The notes under the pieces are model-generated. The model was not told the DNA's origin. It saw only the letters and a list, made by a program, of their open reading frames with translations, and searched no databases. A DNA stretch of 64,000 nucleotides from the UHGV virus genome UHGV-1370141; one strand, written 5' to 3'. A program made the position numbers and the translations under genes. This DNA comes from a virus. Below are positions 1-7,915 of the stretch, one piece after another; within the stretch, counting starts at the first letter, position 1; every line of letters begins with the position of its first letter.

Positions 1-1
1 A

Positions 2-133
2 TGTTCAGGTTGCTCTAGTTCATGTTCTGGAGGCTGCACGGGGACATGTATAGGCCAATGTACGACTACATGTACAGGTACATGTAGTCGTACCTGTCAT
101 GGTGGCTGTTCACAATCGTGTACGGGAAGATAA
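2..133 (+). CDS. Cys-rich SCIFF/ranthipeptide-like precursor peptide, C-terminal fragment (5' end outside window)
   Basis: Frame 2 translates to ...CSGCSSSCSGGCTGTCIGQCTTTCTGTCSRTCHGGCSQSCTGR with stop at 131-133; 11 Cys, mostly CX3C spacing; lies just upstream of a second Cys-rich peptide and two radical SAM genes. Confidence 0.45.
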   Translation, partial: CSGCSSSCSGGCTGTCIGQCTTTCTGTCSRTCHGGCSQSCTGR

Positions 134-136
134 GAA

Positions 137-346
137 ATGATAAGTCTTAAAAACATACGCGACAGATTAGTAACGGCAGAAGGGTACATTACCACAGCAG
201 GAGCAAACAACTATATTGCAAACCAAGGTACAGTGTCATCTACTAATAACCTTTCTGGTTTACCGTTGAGTCACTATAACTGTAACGGTGGGTGTAGCTG
301 GTCCTGTAGCGGTAGTTGTAGCCGTGGTGCTGGCGGTAGTAAGTAG
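137..346 (+). CDS. Cys-rich precursor-like peptide (leader plus CX3C-repeat core)
   Basis: 69-aa ORF; the C-terminal core NCNGGCSWSCSGSCSRGAGGSK has four Cys at CX3C spacing after a ~47-aa Cys-free leader; same strand and immediately upstream of the radical SAM pair. Confidence 0.5.
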   Translation: MISLKNIRDRLVTAEGYITTAGANNYIANQGTVSSTNNLSGLPLSHYNCNGGCSWSCSGSCSRGAGGSK

Positions 347-369
347 TAGAAACGTGTCAGAGGTATTCA

Positions 370-1257
370 ATGAAAAACGATTTACATTTAGCATATAACA
401 CTACATTTAACCATCCTTTGCAAATCTCTTCTCCAGATTCTGTACGTTATCATTTAAGTGATGACGTTCGTTTAATTACCATGCTACCTGGCGAATGGCC
501 GAAATTACGGGGCCGTGATATCGTCAACCGTGATAATATCTCCGTAGAAAATACTTTTACAATTCGTGATCTGCCGGTCGAACGTGTGATTGTTTTTACA
601 GGAGATGATGAACTTTATGGAATGATTGTTGATGGTAAATACTTCTTCAGTGACGGGGTTTTAAATGCTGGTAGCGATTTAGAACTTTTTTTTACACCGT
701 TTGCTGAGCTTGACGCTAAGCCTATGGTTCGCAGATGGTGGAGTCCAGATTACATGGGGGCTTTTCCGTATTACTATACTCTTGTTGGTAAGGATGTTGA
801 AGAGTATTCCGATAGTGAACCATACACCAACATTGAAGGTTATCAGGACCTCGGAATTGCACATTTAGCTGATTTAATGGCTTATAGCTATAAGTTCGAA
901 TGGATTCGTGAACGTTCTGTTTGGAAAGCCATTACTGACGACCATGTTATTACGAAACGTATTCGTAAACCATGGATGCAACATCTTGTTCAAATACGAT
1001 TTGGCCAAAGTCCAGTAACCGAGGCTGATATTTCTAAACTTGTTAGTTTTTTATTGTCTAAGGTTGAATTGACTGATGAAGAAGCCGAAGCTGTTAAGCC
1101 GATGCTTGATCGTATTGTGACCTTAGAAGACCTCAAAAGAATGAATAGTCGTTATAACGATCTTAATCGGTTGCTAGAGGCGTATAATTCGACAAAGGTT
1201 TTAAAACCTGGAGTCAATTTCGACGAAGATCCGTTGTTCGCTATCGACTATAATTAA
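370..1257 (+). CDS. hypothetical protein, accessory gene of the radical SAM cluster
   Basis: 295-aa ORF with a GAGG RBS before the ATG; sits between the peptides and the radical SAM genes; no recognisable motif. Confidence 0.55.
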   Translation: MKNDLHLAYNTTFNHPLQISSPDSVRYHLSDDVRLITMLPGEWPKLRGRDIVNRDNISVENTFTIRDLPVERVIVFTGDDELYGMIVDGKYFFSDGVLNAGSDLELFFTPFAELDAKPMVRRWWSPDYMGAFPYYYTLVGKDVEEYSDSEPYTNIEGYQDLGIAHLADLMAYSYKFEWIRERSVWKAITDDHVITKRIRKPWMQHLVQIRFGQSPVTEADISKLVSFLLSKVELTDEEAEAVKPMLDRIVTLEDLKRMNSRYNDLNRLLEAYNSTKVLKPGVNFDEDPLFAIDYN

Positions 1258-1264
1258 ATAATTA

Positions 1265-2203
1265 ATGGAGTCACCTGCAATGGCGACCAATGCGGAACCA
1301 AAATTATCAGATCAGTTATTTGACAATCCAACAATATTAGCCGTTATTACTACATCCAAATGTAATCTGGACTGTAGTTTCTGCGGCGGAGCCTATTACA
1401 TGAATCGTGAAGATTCTTCTCGAGAGTTTCAACGTGACCGAATTATGGAGGCGTTAGAAGCTAACCCAACAATCACCGAGATTCAATGGACGGGTGGTGA
1501 GCCTTTGTTAGCCACTCGTAAAATTGAGGCGTTTGTTGACGAGTTAAAAGTAATTCGTCCAGAGCTCAAACATCAGTTATATACCAACGGTTTAAAGATG
1601 CGTAAAACGCATCTCCCGTTGTTAAAACAATTTGATAATGTGTATGTTAGCATCGACGGGTTTGAGTTGTCTGAACGCCCTTTTAAGCGTTTTATTAACG
1701 ATGGTTGCTACGAAGCTTTAGAAGTAATGCATGAGCTTGAAAATGTTCATACATGGGCCGTTTTAACTCGAGAACAGTTGGGTAACAAACGGTGGCATGA
1801 AGACATTATTGAGCTTCATAATGCGATCTATCACTACGGTTATCGTACCATGACGTTGCTGTTAGACGCGAATATGCCAAAACCGTTATCTCCCGATCAC
1901 GTTATGAACTTTATTTACGGGTATTTTAGAATTCAGGAAAATATAGAAAGACTGAATGTTTCCAACTCGAAAAGGTGTGACTATGTCGTAAGCAAAGTTT
2001 TTGATGGTGGGTGTAACGTATGCAGCAATAGTTTATGGTTAAGAGCAGATGGAACCGAATATCAGTTGCAAAATGCCCCGAGATTATTAGAATCGGGATG
2101 TAACCAATTAGCTTGTTCCATCGGGTTAGAAGCCTACGAGTATATTCGACGAGTGGTTATGGCCAACCGTAATAGTGGAGTATTAAATGAACCAAGAAAA
2201 TAA
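1265..2203 (+). CDS. radical SAM enzyme
   Basis: CNLDCSFC (CX3CX2C) motif near the N-terminus and a GGEPLL glycine-rich SAM-binding motif; its end overlaps the start of the next radical SAM gene. Confidence 0.8.
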   Translation: MESPAMATNAEPKLSDQLFDNPTILAVITTSKCNLDCSFCGGAYYMNREDSSREFQRDRIMEALEANPTITEIQWTGGEPLLATRKIEAFVDELKVIRPELKHQLYTNGLKMRKTHLPLLKQFDNVYVSIDGFELSERPFKRFINDGCYEALEVMHELENVHTWAVLTREQLGNKRWHEDIIELHNAIYHYGYRTMTLLLDANMPKPLSPDHVMNFIYGYFRIQENIERLNVSNSKRCDYVVSKVFDGGCNVCSNSLWLRADGTEYQLQNAPRLLESGCNQLACSIGLEAYEYIRRVVMANRNSGVLNEPRK

Positions 2204-3509
2204 TTACCCGAAACAGTTGACTTACCAGATTGTTACAAACTTGTCGTGTAATTTGGACTGTGAGTATTGTTACGAGCGTAAATATCCCCGCAATAACAAA
2301 GCAGCAGATATTGTAGATTTTCTTCATGCCTGTTTCGAGCGTGATAAAGATTTACCAAACGTAGAAGTCGTCATTGACATTATCGGCGGCGAGCCGTTTA
2401 TGCAGCCTAAGCTTCTAATGGCCGCTTTCGAAACAGCCGAGCAGTTGTGTGAAGAACATAAACGCCCGTTTATGTTTAGTATCTCTACTAATGGGACATT
2501 ATTAGATAGGCCGTTGAACAGGGAAATTATTGAACGTTGGAAGGACAGACTTTCTATCGGGGTGTCTATTGATGGGTTACCTGAGTCGCACGATAAGTAC
2601 CGTATTTTTACAACGAGTCGCGAAGGTTCTTACGAGGCCGCTGTACGTGGTTACAATTATCTAAAAGAAGTAGGTATCGCGGAGCTTGGGGTTAAAGCGA
2701 CATTTACTTTGGAAACGCTCCCACATTATGCGGCGGGTATGAAATCCCTAATCGATTTGGCTGGAGGTGGAACCATTTCTGGTAACGTAACCTTCGAAGA
2801 CATTATGCCACGGAGTATGGCTACGTCGATAGCGCTACAAATGATGGATGTAGTCGATTATTGGGTTGAAAAGGGTTTACACACCAACCCACGTAATACC
2901 CTATCACATATCATCCCGGAAGGGTTAGATTTCGACACTATCTGGGAACCGAACTGGCGGGATCAGCTACTTTACAACGATACTGTACGTTTAAACCCGG
3001 AACGCTTGCGTCCGTTCTGCGGGACATTAACTCACATGACTTGTTTAGGGTTTGACAGGAAGATTTTCGGTTGTAACCGTTTCATGTCGACTGTAACGTC
3101 ACGTTCTGCGGTATTTGAGTTAGTCGGTCGTGAGTTTGTTAGCTTAGACGGTGGGAAACTGCTGGAAGAGATTCAGACGCAATACACCAACTATCCTGAG
3201 ACGTGCTTAGGTTGTCCGATGAAACACGCTTGTGGTAGCTGTGCAGCAGCTTCCTACGAGAATGGGGAAGGGACGTTAGAAGACCGTAAAGCGTATCACG
3301 CTGAACGTCGTCAATGTGGTTGGACAACTGCAAAATTAATGGTCGCGGAATACTGGAAACAGAAGATGGGTACAACATCTGTGAAGGATTTCCACGATAA
3401 TAGCATGTGTTACTGCCCTCGCTGTGTACGTGAACGTGCCCAAAAAGAAAAACAATTGAGAGAAGCCAAAGATGAAGCCAATTCTGATCCACAATATTAC
3501 GAAGCGTAA
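2187..3509 (+). CDS. radical SAM enzyme with SPASM/twitch-like C-terminal Cys cluster (peptide-maturase-like)
   Basis: CNLDCEYC (CX3CX2C) and GGEPFM motifs; the C-terminal region holds extra Cys clusters (CLGCPMKHACGSC, CYCPRC) as in SPASM-domain maturases. Confidence 0.8.
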   Translation: MNQENNYPKQLTYQIVTNLSCNLDCEYCYERKYPRNNKAADIVDFLHACFERDKDLPNVEVVIDIIGGEPFMQPKLLMAAFETAEQLCEEHKRPFMFSISTNGTLLDRPLNREIIERWKDRLSIGVSIDGLPESHDKYRIFTTSREGSYEAAVRGYNYLKEVGIAELGVKATFTLETLPHYAAGMKSLIDLAGGGTISGNVTFEDIMPRSMATSIALQMMDVVDYWVEKGLHTNPRNTLSHIIPEGLDFDTIWEPNWRDQLLYNDTVRLNPERLRPFCGTLTHMTCLGFDRKIFGCNRFMSTVTSRSAVFELVGREFVSLDGGKLLEEIQTQYTNYPETCLGCPMKHACGSCAAASYENGEGTLEDRKAYHAERRQCGWTTAKLMVAEYWKQKMGTTSVKDFHDNSMCYCPRCVRERAQKEKQLREAKDEANSDPQYYEA

Positions 3510-4044
3510 ATTCCGTTTTCTGGAAAAGTTTTTAGAAACTACGAAACTGTTTGGCTGTTATGTGCAGATTAACGGCGAAGATTTCAATGACGATGTTAAG
3601 CGTTTATTAATTCGTCACGGAATCACCGTTGTTATCCCGATGTATTGTACAGAACTTACCGAACTTTCTGTGGCCGAAATCGAGAAACAAAATCCAGGCT
3701 TTGAACAGCGCGTGCTGGAATTTCCTAAACATAAAATCGTTCTTTTACGCCGCGCTTTGCAAGAGCCGAGCGTTGAATCTGTTGCTGCTCTAGGTTTATC
3801 GTTTCCTGGTGTGACAATTTATGTCACACGAAACCCAGAGTCCACCATCGATGGTTTTTACGATGAAAGGGAAACTTTTCATAGTTTAGTTTATCCCGAG
3901 CTTACAGAAGACGAACGTCAAGGACTACATATTGACTGGGACTCAAATTTTGATAGTAAGTTTCGTAAAATCGATTTTGATCTTCTGATCGAGCTGGGTT
4001 TAATTAAAGGAGAAGACGAATGCCTGCTCTTGACAAAAGCTTAA
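3472..4044 (+). CDS. hypothetical protein
   Basis: 190-aa ORF overlapping the end of the SPASM gene, same strand; no motif recognised. Confidence 0.5.
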   Translation: MKPILIHNITKRKFRFLEKFLETTKLFGCYVQINGEDFNDDVKRLLIRHGITVVIPMYCTELTELSVAEIEKQNPGFEQRVLEFPKHKIVLLRRALQEPSVESVAALGLSFPGVTIYVTRNPESTIDGFYDERETFHSLVYPELTEDERQGLHIDWDSNFDSKFRKIDFDLLIELGLIKGEDECLLLTKA

Positions 4045-4694
4045 TAAACGAAGATATTCGCGCCAGATTTTTTAGCCGACTTTCCCCAATTGATCGCCAC
4101 GGAAACTTTTTGGGTCATATAGGTACTGAAGATCGCGGCAGAACGGGTTTTTGTACAATGCTTCATTACAAACTACTCGATGGCATGTCCGATGAAGACG
4201 CGTTAGATCAAATGCGTAGTTACAATATGTCAGATATTGAAGCAAATTTCACCCTGAAAAAAGCAAAAGAGTTCATTTCAGATGTATTGGAGATAGATCT
4301 GGATGAAATTCGAAGTAACGTTCGTTCAACAGCACGATATATTTATTTAGATGTTCAAAAGATCATGAAGGCGTTGGAGTCGCGTTACGAAGCAGAACGT
4401 TACGAACCAATTCAGCTGAATGATCGTCATTTTCAGGCTGATGCAATCTCCCGACAAATGTTAGGGCAATATATCCAATCTGAAACTGCGCCAGAATATT
4501 GGTTGGATACCGCCAATACGCGTTTAGAACCCTTTACATTAGAAGAATGTAAGGAACTATTGTCCGAGATCGTAAAACGTGATCAGAAACTGCATGGACA
4601 AATGACCGCGCAGAAAAAAGAGCTTCGCCTCTTAGCTGAACAGCGTGACTACGACACTATCCGTGCACTTGCACTGGAAATGGGATTAGAATAA
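4020..4694 (+). CDS. hypothetical protein
   Basis: 224-aa ORF, last gene of the plus-strand cluster, followed by a strong terminator hairpin. Confidence 0.5.
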   Translation: MPALDKSLINEDIRARFFSRLSPIDRHGNFLGHIGTEDRGRTGFCTMLHYKLLDGMSDEDALDQMRSYNMSDIEANFTLKKAKEFISDVLEIDLDEIRSNVRSTARYIYLDVQKIMKALESRYEAERYEPIQLNDRHFQADAISRQMLGQYIQSETAPEYWLDTANTRLEPFTLEECKELLSEIVKRDQKLHGQMTAQKKELRLLAEQRDYDTIRALALEMGLE

Positions 4695-4698
4695 AAAA

Positions 4699-4742
4699 TA
4701 CCTACCTCCGTAAAGGAGGTAGGTAAACTTATTATTTTTTTG
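4699..4742. terminator. bidirectional rho-independent terminator
   Basis: Inverted repeat tacctacctcc-gtaaa-ggaggtaggta flanked by an A-run upstream and a T-run downstream, between convergent genes ending at 4694 (+) and 4764 (-). Confidence 0.7.
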
Positions 4743-4763
4743 TTATAGTAGTTGACTTAGCGG

Positions 4764-5294
4764 TTAAGCAGTAAAACCGTCCAATTCACCGTTGGTGGTG
4801 GCCAGGTCAATACGATTATCGACAACCTTCGGTGTAATTACGAAAGTTGCCATTACACCCGGTTTATAACGGAGGTTCTGTTCAGTAACGGTGCACGTCA
4901 CGGTACGCAGAGTGACGTTTTCATGTTCGTCTTTCTGGTCTTCGGTGCTGTACACAACGTCACCTGGCGCGATAGCGTCGTCAGGTTTTACTTTGTTGAT
5001 GTAATATTGTAACCAAGCGCGGAGTTCGTTTTCTTGAACCCAGCGAGACAGATCATCAGTTAGTTCAATCCGTCCTACAACACCTGGCTCCAGACGATCG
5101 TAATGCAGTTCGATTGCACCTTTGAAATTCTCAGAACCTGGTAGTGCAGTCATGGTAACTTTGGTATTCTTACTTTCGCCTTCCAGCGCAGTAGGGAGAC
5201 CAAAGGACACTTCTTTATCAGTAATCTGATGTGGTAGCTCAGTGTTAGCAGCATTATAAAGCGCGACCAACATCATCTGGTTAGTAGCGGCCAT
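4764..5294 (-). CDS. hypothetical protein, probably abundant virion protein
   Basis: 176-aa ORF with codon usage that looks strongly biased; C-terminus ...GELDGFTA is shared with the upstream paralog. Confidence 0.55.
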   Translation of the reverse strand: MAATNQMMLVALYNAANTELPHQITDKEVSFGLPTALEGESKNTKVTMTALPGSENFKGAIELHYDRLEPGVVGRIELTDDLSRWVQENELRAWLQYYINKVKPDDAIAPGDVVYSTEDQKDEHENVTLRTVTCTVTEQNLRYKPGVMATFVITPKVVDNRIDLATTNGELDGFTA

Positions 5295-5343
5295 TATCTT
5301 AGGTCCTTAATAGAACAAGTTAGAGAAATATCGGGGGAGGTCA

Positions 5344-5353
5344 CCCCCCCCCC
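5344..5353. repeat. homopolymeric C10/G10 tract in conserved TCACC-Cn-GATT context
   Basis: Ten consecutive C inside a G/C hairpin about 50 nt upstream of the start of 4764..5294. Confidence 0.6.
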
Positions 5354-5365
5354 GATTTAACTTAC

Positions 5366-5938
5366 TTAGCCACCGACACCCGGCGCAGTGAAGCCATCAA
5401 GTTCACCTTCCAGACCGCCCAGTGCTACCTTCTCAGGAGCTGGGTTGGAATAAGTGAAAGTAGCAATAGTACCCGCCAGGAATTTAATGTGGCCATCGTT
5501 TACTTTGACAGTGTAAACTTTAGCACCGCTGTCGCCTTCGGATTTAACGATAGTGAGTTCGCTCTCTGCAAACGCGTCATCGACATAACCTTTAGTAACC
5601 ATTTCTTTGTTCAGTTTGGTTACAATGGCAGAGTTTTCCAGATCGAGACTACCAGCTTGTTCGTAAGCTTTAGCACCGATCAGGTCTTGGGATGCCAGAC
5701 GGATATAATGGAATTCTTTCTCGCCTTTGAAGTTCTGGCTTTCTGCCTTGGCGGTCAGTGTAATTTTGGTGTTACGACCAGCGTCTCCGCTGTGCGCTTC
5801 GACAGCACCAAAATCGACATCACCAACCGTCAGATTAGAAGCGGTTGCAGAGTTTTTAGCAATTACAGCTTCGATGAGCTGTTGTTTGAAGGCTTTAGCC
5901 ATCTTTTTTACCTCGTAAGTGGTAGGGGTGGATTGCAT
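5366..5938 (-). CDS. hypothetical protein, paralog of 4764..5294
   Basis: 190-aa ORF ending ...LEGELDGFTAPGVGG; similar central NFKG..HY.RL block; biased codons. Confidence 0.55.
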   Translation of the reverse strand: MQSTPTTYEVKKMAKAFKQQLIEAVIAKNSATASNLTVGDVDFGAVEAHSGDAGRNTKITLTAKAESQNFKGEKEFHYIRLASQDLIGAKAYEQAGSLDLENSAIVTKLNKEMVTKGYVDDAFAESELTIVKSEGDSGAKVYTVKVNDGHIKFLAGTIATFTYSNPAPEKVALGGLEGELDGFTAPGVGG

Positions 5939-6040
5939 AAGAAAGTTATTTTAGACATTTCCTAAAATATAGATATGACGGTTGGCAGTAGGCGCTAACC
6001 TGAAAAAATAATTTTTCTTAATTTTAATAAGGGTGAGTTT

Positions 6041-6520
6041 ATGCTAAAACGCATTCTCGTGGTCGTTGCTTTTGTAATGACGTTGGCAGGTTGTGCTATT
6101 CAGCCGAACGCAGAAGGTCAGTTCTCCACCGTACCTGTTGACCAACATGATATGGTCATTTACACCTGTACAGGTGCTTCTCAAGAATTCGTCGATTTTA
6201 AACCGGTACCGTCTAGCCTAAAACTGATGCCCCTTTCGGTGTTAGTCATGGATACAGGGGCGAATTGGGTCGCTACATGGGACGAAGGTAAAATCGAATC
6301 TCCGCAACTTTATAAAGACCTGTTAGGTAAGGTGGACGGTAACTTAAACGTTGTTACCGGTGAGCGCTATTACCGTGTAAACGGGTTACTGTCAAAAACT
6401 CCAACGTTTGCGTATTCTACCATCAACTACAAAACAGGTGAAGGTAAAGGTGTAACGTTCTTCAGATGTCACGAAGGTAGCATTCCGGATACCGGCACTA
6501 TGCTGCACCCGGTAGAATAA
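6041..6520 (+). CDS. putative lipoprotein
   Basis: N-terminus MLKRILVVVAFVMTLAGC has a signal peptide and an LAGC lipobox; lone plus-strand gene with its own terminator. Confidence 0.6.
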   Translation: MLKRILVVVAFVMTLAGCAIQPNAEGQFSTVPVDQHDMVIYTCTGASQEFVDFKPVPSSLKLMPLSVLVMDTGANWVATWDEGKIESPQLYKDLLGKVDGNLNVVTGERYYRVNGLLSKTPTFAYSTINYKTGEGKGVTFFRCHEGSIPDTGTMLHPVE

Positions 6521-6525
6521 TAAAT

Positions 6526-6560
6526 ACCCTCCTGCTTAGCAGGAGGGTAGGTTTATTTTG
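6526..6560 (+). terminator. rho-independent terminator
   Basis: Hairpin accctcctgc-ttag-caggagggt followed by gtttattttg, directly after the lipoprotein stop codon. Confidence 0.7.
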
Positions 6561-6640
6561 TCCGTAGAACGCGCTAGAACGCGTTCTAAGACGGTTTATA
6601 CAAAATAAGGTACAATCATCCTAAGTTTCGGTTTACGCGC

Positions 6641-7156
6641 TTAGATTTTAACTAAGGCGCTCCAATCGATAGGGCTTTGTTTCACGACTTTCGCAGTACC
6701 GCGATTCGGTGACCAGAACGTGATATTCGGTTGGTTACGAACGTCGATATGCAACCAACTGATGTCGCATTCGATAAAGTGAATAAACGGAAACTCATCA
6801 GGATTAGCGGCAATATAATCGTGGACTTGTTTTACCGTTGAATCTAACAGTGTCGCGTCGAACGCATTACCGAACTTGTGCTGACTCCCTGAATCGGAAT
6901 AGAGTTGTAACGCACGTTGTTTATAGTTACCGCCCTTAGGCTTTTCTTGATTGATGAAAAAGTCTAAGGTTCTTAGGCCACGCTGTTGCGCAGCAGACGA
7001 GTTAATCACCATTCTGCCGAAACGGTTACGAATCTGTTGCAGCGAAATCATTAACAACGGGTTCATAAACCGAATTGCAGAATCACCGTATTTGGCGATG
7101 TACGATTGCGGTACTAACTCTTTGAGTTTAAAGTTACTCGGATTTGGATGAAACAT
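6641..7156 (-). CDS. peptidase M15 family (VanY-like D,D- or L,D-peptidase) cell-wall hydrolase
   Basis: SQHKFGNAFD matches the SxHxxGxAxD zinc-binding signature of M15 peptidases; 171 aa. Confidence 0.6.
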   Translation of the reverse strand: MFHPNPSNFKLKELVPQSYIAKYGDSAIRFMNPLLMISLQQIRNRFGRMVINSSAAQQRGLRTLDFFINQEKPKGGNYKQRALQLYSDSGSQHKFGNAFDATLLDSTVKQVHDYIAANPDEFPFIHFIECDISWLHIDVRNQPNITFWSPNRGTAKVVKQSPIDWSALVKI

Positions 7157-7808
7157 CTTCCCTCCCAGACAGAAAAGCCCGTTTGATGTTCAGGTATTTG
7201 ACATTAACGGGACAACCTGTGGTGATATCAACACGTTCGTGGTCAGGAATAGCAGGCTCCTTAAACTCACGAACGAACAAATAGTTTCGATTGTAATCTA
7301 ACGTACGGTAATCGTTAGTGGTATAAGACGGCTTCGCGTTAGGGTCTACGTAAGCATCCCAACCGAACCCCGCCACGGCTTTATAAAACGTTTGGCAGAT
7401 ATACGGTGAGATTTCCAACGACTGCATAATACGCAGGAATGTTAAGTCAGAGAACTCTTTATCGATAATACGCGAAACGTTACCACCCGGTGTCATGGGA
7501 TAGCTACGCTCCGTGTTACATTTTTGATAGAGTAAGTCGTGAATGCAGGCCGCAGGTGCCCACGGTCCGTCAGGATGGAAAATTCCCTGGAGGTGTTCAG
7601 GAATTGACGCTAAATCGGTAACGAACCCTTTCGGTGCTGTTAACCACAGTTGCGTGTCAGGCAATACACCCGTTAAATAAACCGCACGGTCTAAGTGTAC
7701 GTGGTCGTGATAAATCTCACGTAACGTAAACGGATAATGGTAATCCTCCGTTAATACAAACCACTTATTGTCTAAACGTTTATATTGAAGCTTCTCCATT
7801 ACCCACAC
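7134..7808 (-). CDS. hypothetical protein (DUF1353-like)
   Basis: 224-aa ORF containing FVTDLASIP...HD..Y, which resembles the DUF1353 signature; the family assignment is from memory. Confidence 0.45.
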   Translation of the reverse strand: MWVMEKLQYKRLDNKWFVLTEDYHYPFTLREIYHDHVHLDRAVYLTGVLPDTQLWLTAPKGFVTDLASIPEHLQGIFHPDGPWAPAACIHDLLYQKCNTERSYPMTPGGNVSRIIDKEFSDLTFLRIMQSLEISPYICQTFYKAVAGFGWDAYVDPNAKPSYTTNDYRTLDYNRNYLFVREFKEPAIPDHERVDITTGCPVNVKYLNIKRAFLSGREDVSSKSE

Positions 7809-7915
7809 CTTTCCTTACAAAAACCAGAAGAACTCTTGCCCACGCTTTTCGTCTTTACGTTTTCGACCAGACGTTAACGCTTTCCACAATAACGCTAAGA
7901 GTTTAGCAAACCAGT

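Noticed and set aside
1-18. ATG at position 1 (MFRLL-stop)
   Set aside because: Frame 1 hits a stop after five codons; the real coding frame here is frame 2, the end of a Cys-rich peptide starting outside the window.
1265-3509. Alternative reading of the radical SAM genes as QueE / 7-deazaguanine DNA-modification enzymes or NrdG
   Set aside because: Both proteins are much larger than QueE or NrdG, one carries a SPASM-like C-terminal Cys cluster, no queC/queD/folE/dpdA-like partners are seen nearby, and Cys-rich peptides sit immediately upstream. This cannot be fully excluded without HMM searches.
5489-5965. 158-aa plus-strand ORF (and 5727..5918)
   Set aside because: Nested antisense within the highly expressed gene 5366..5938; no independent signals.
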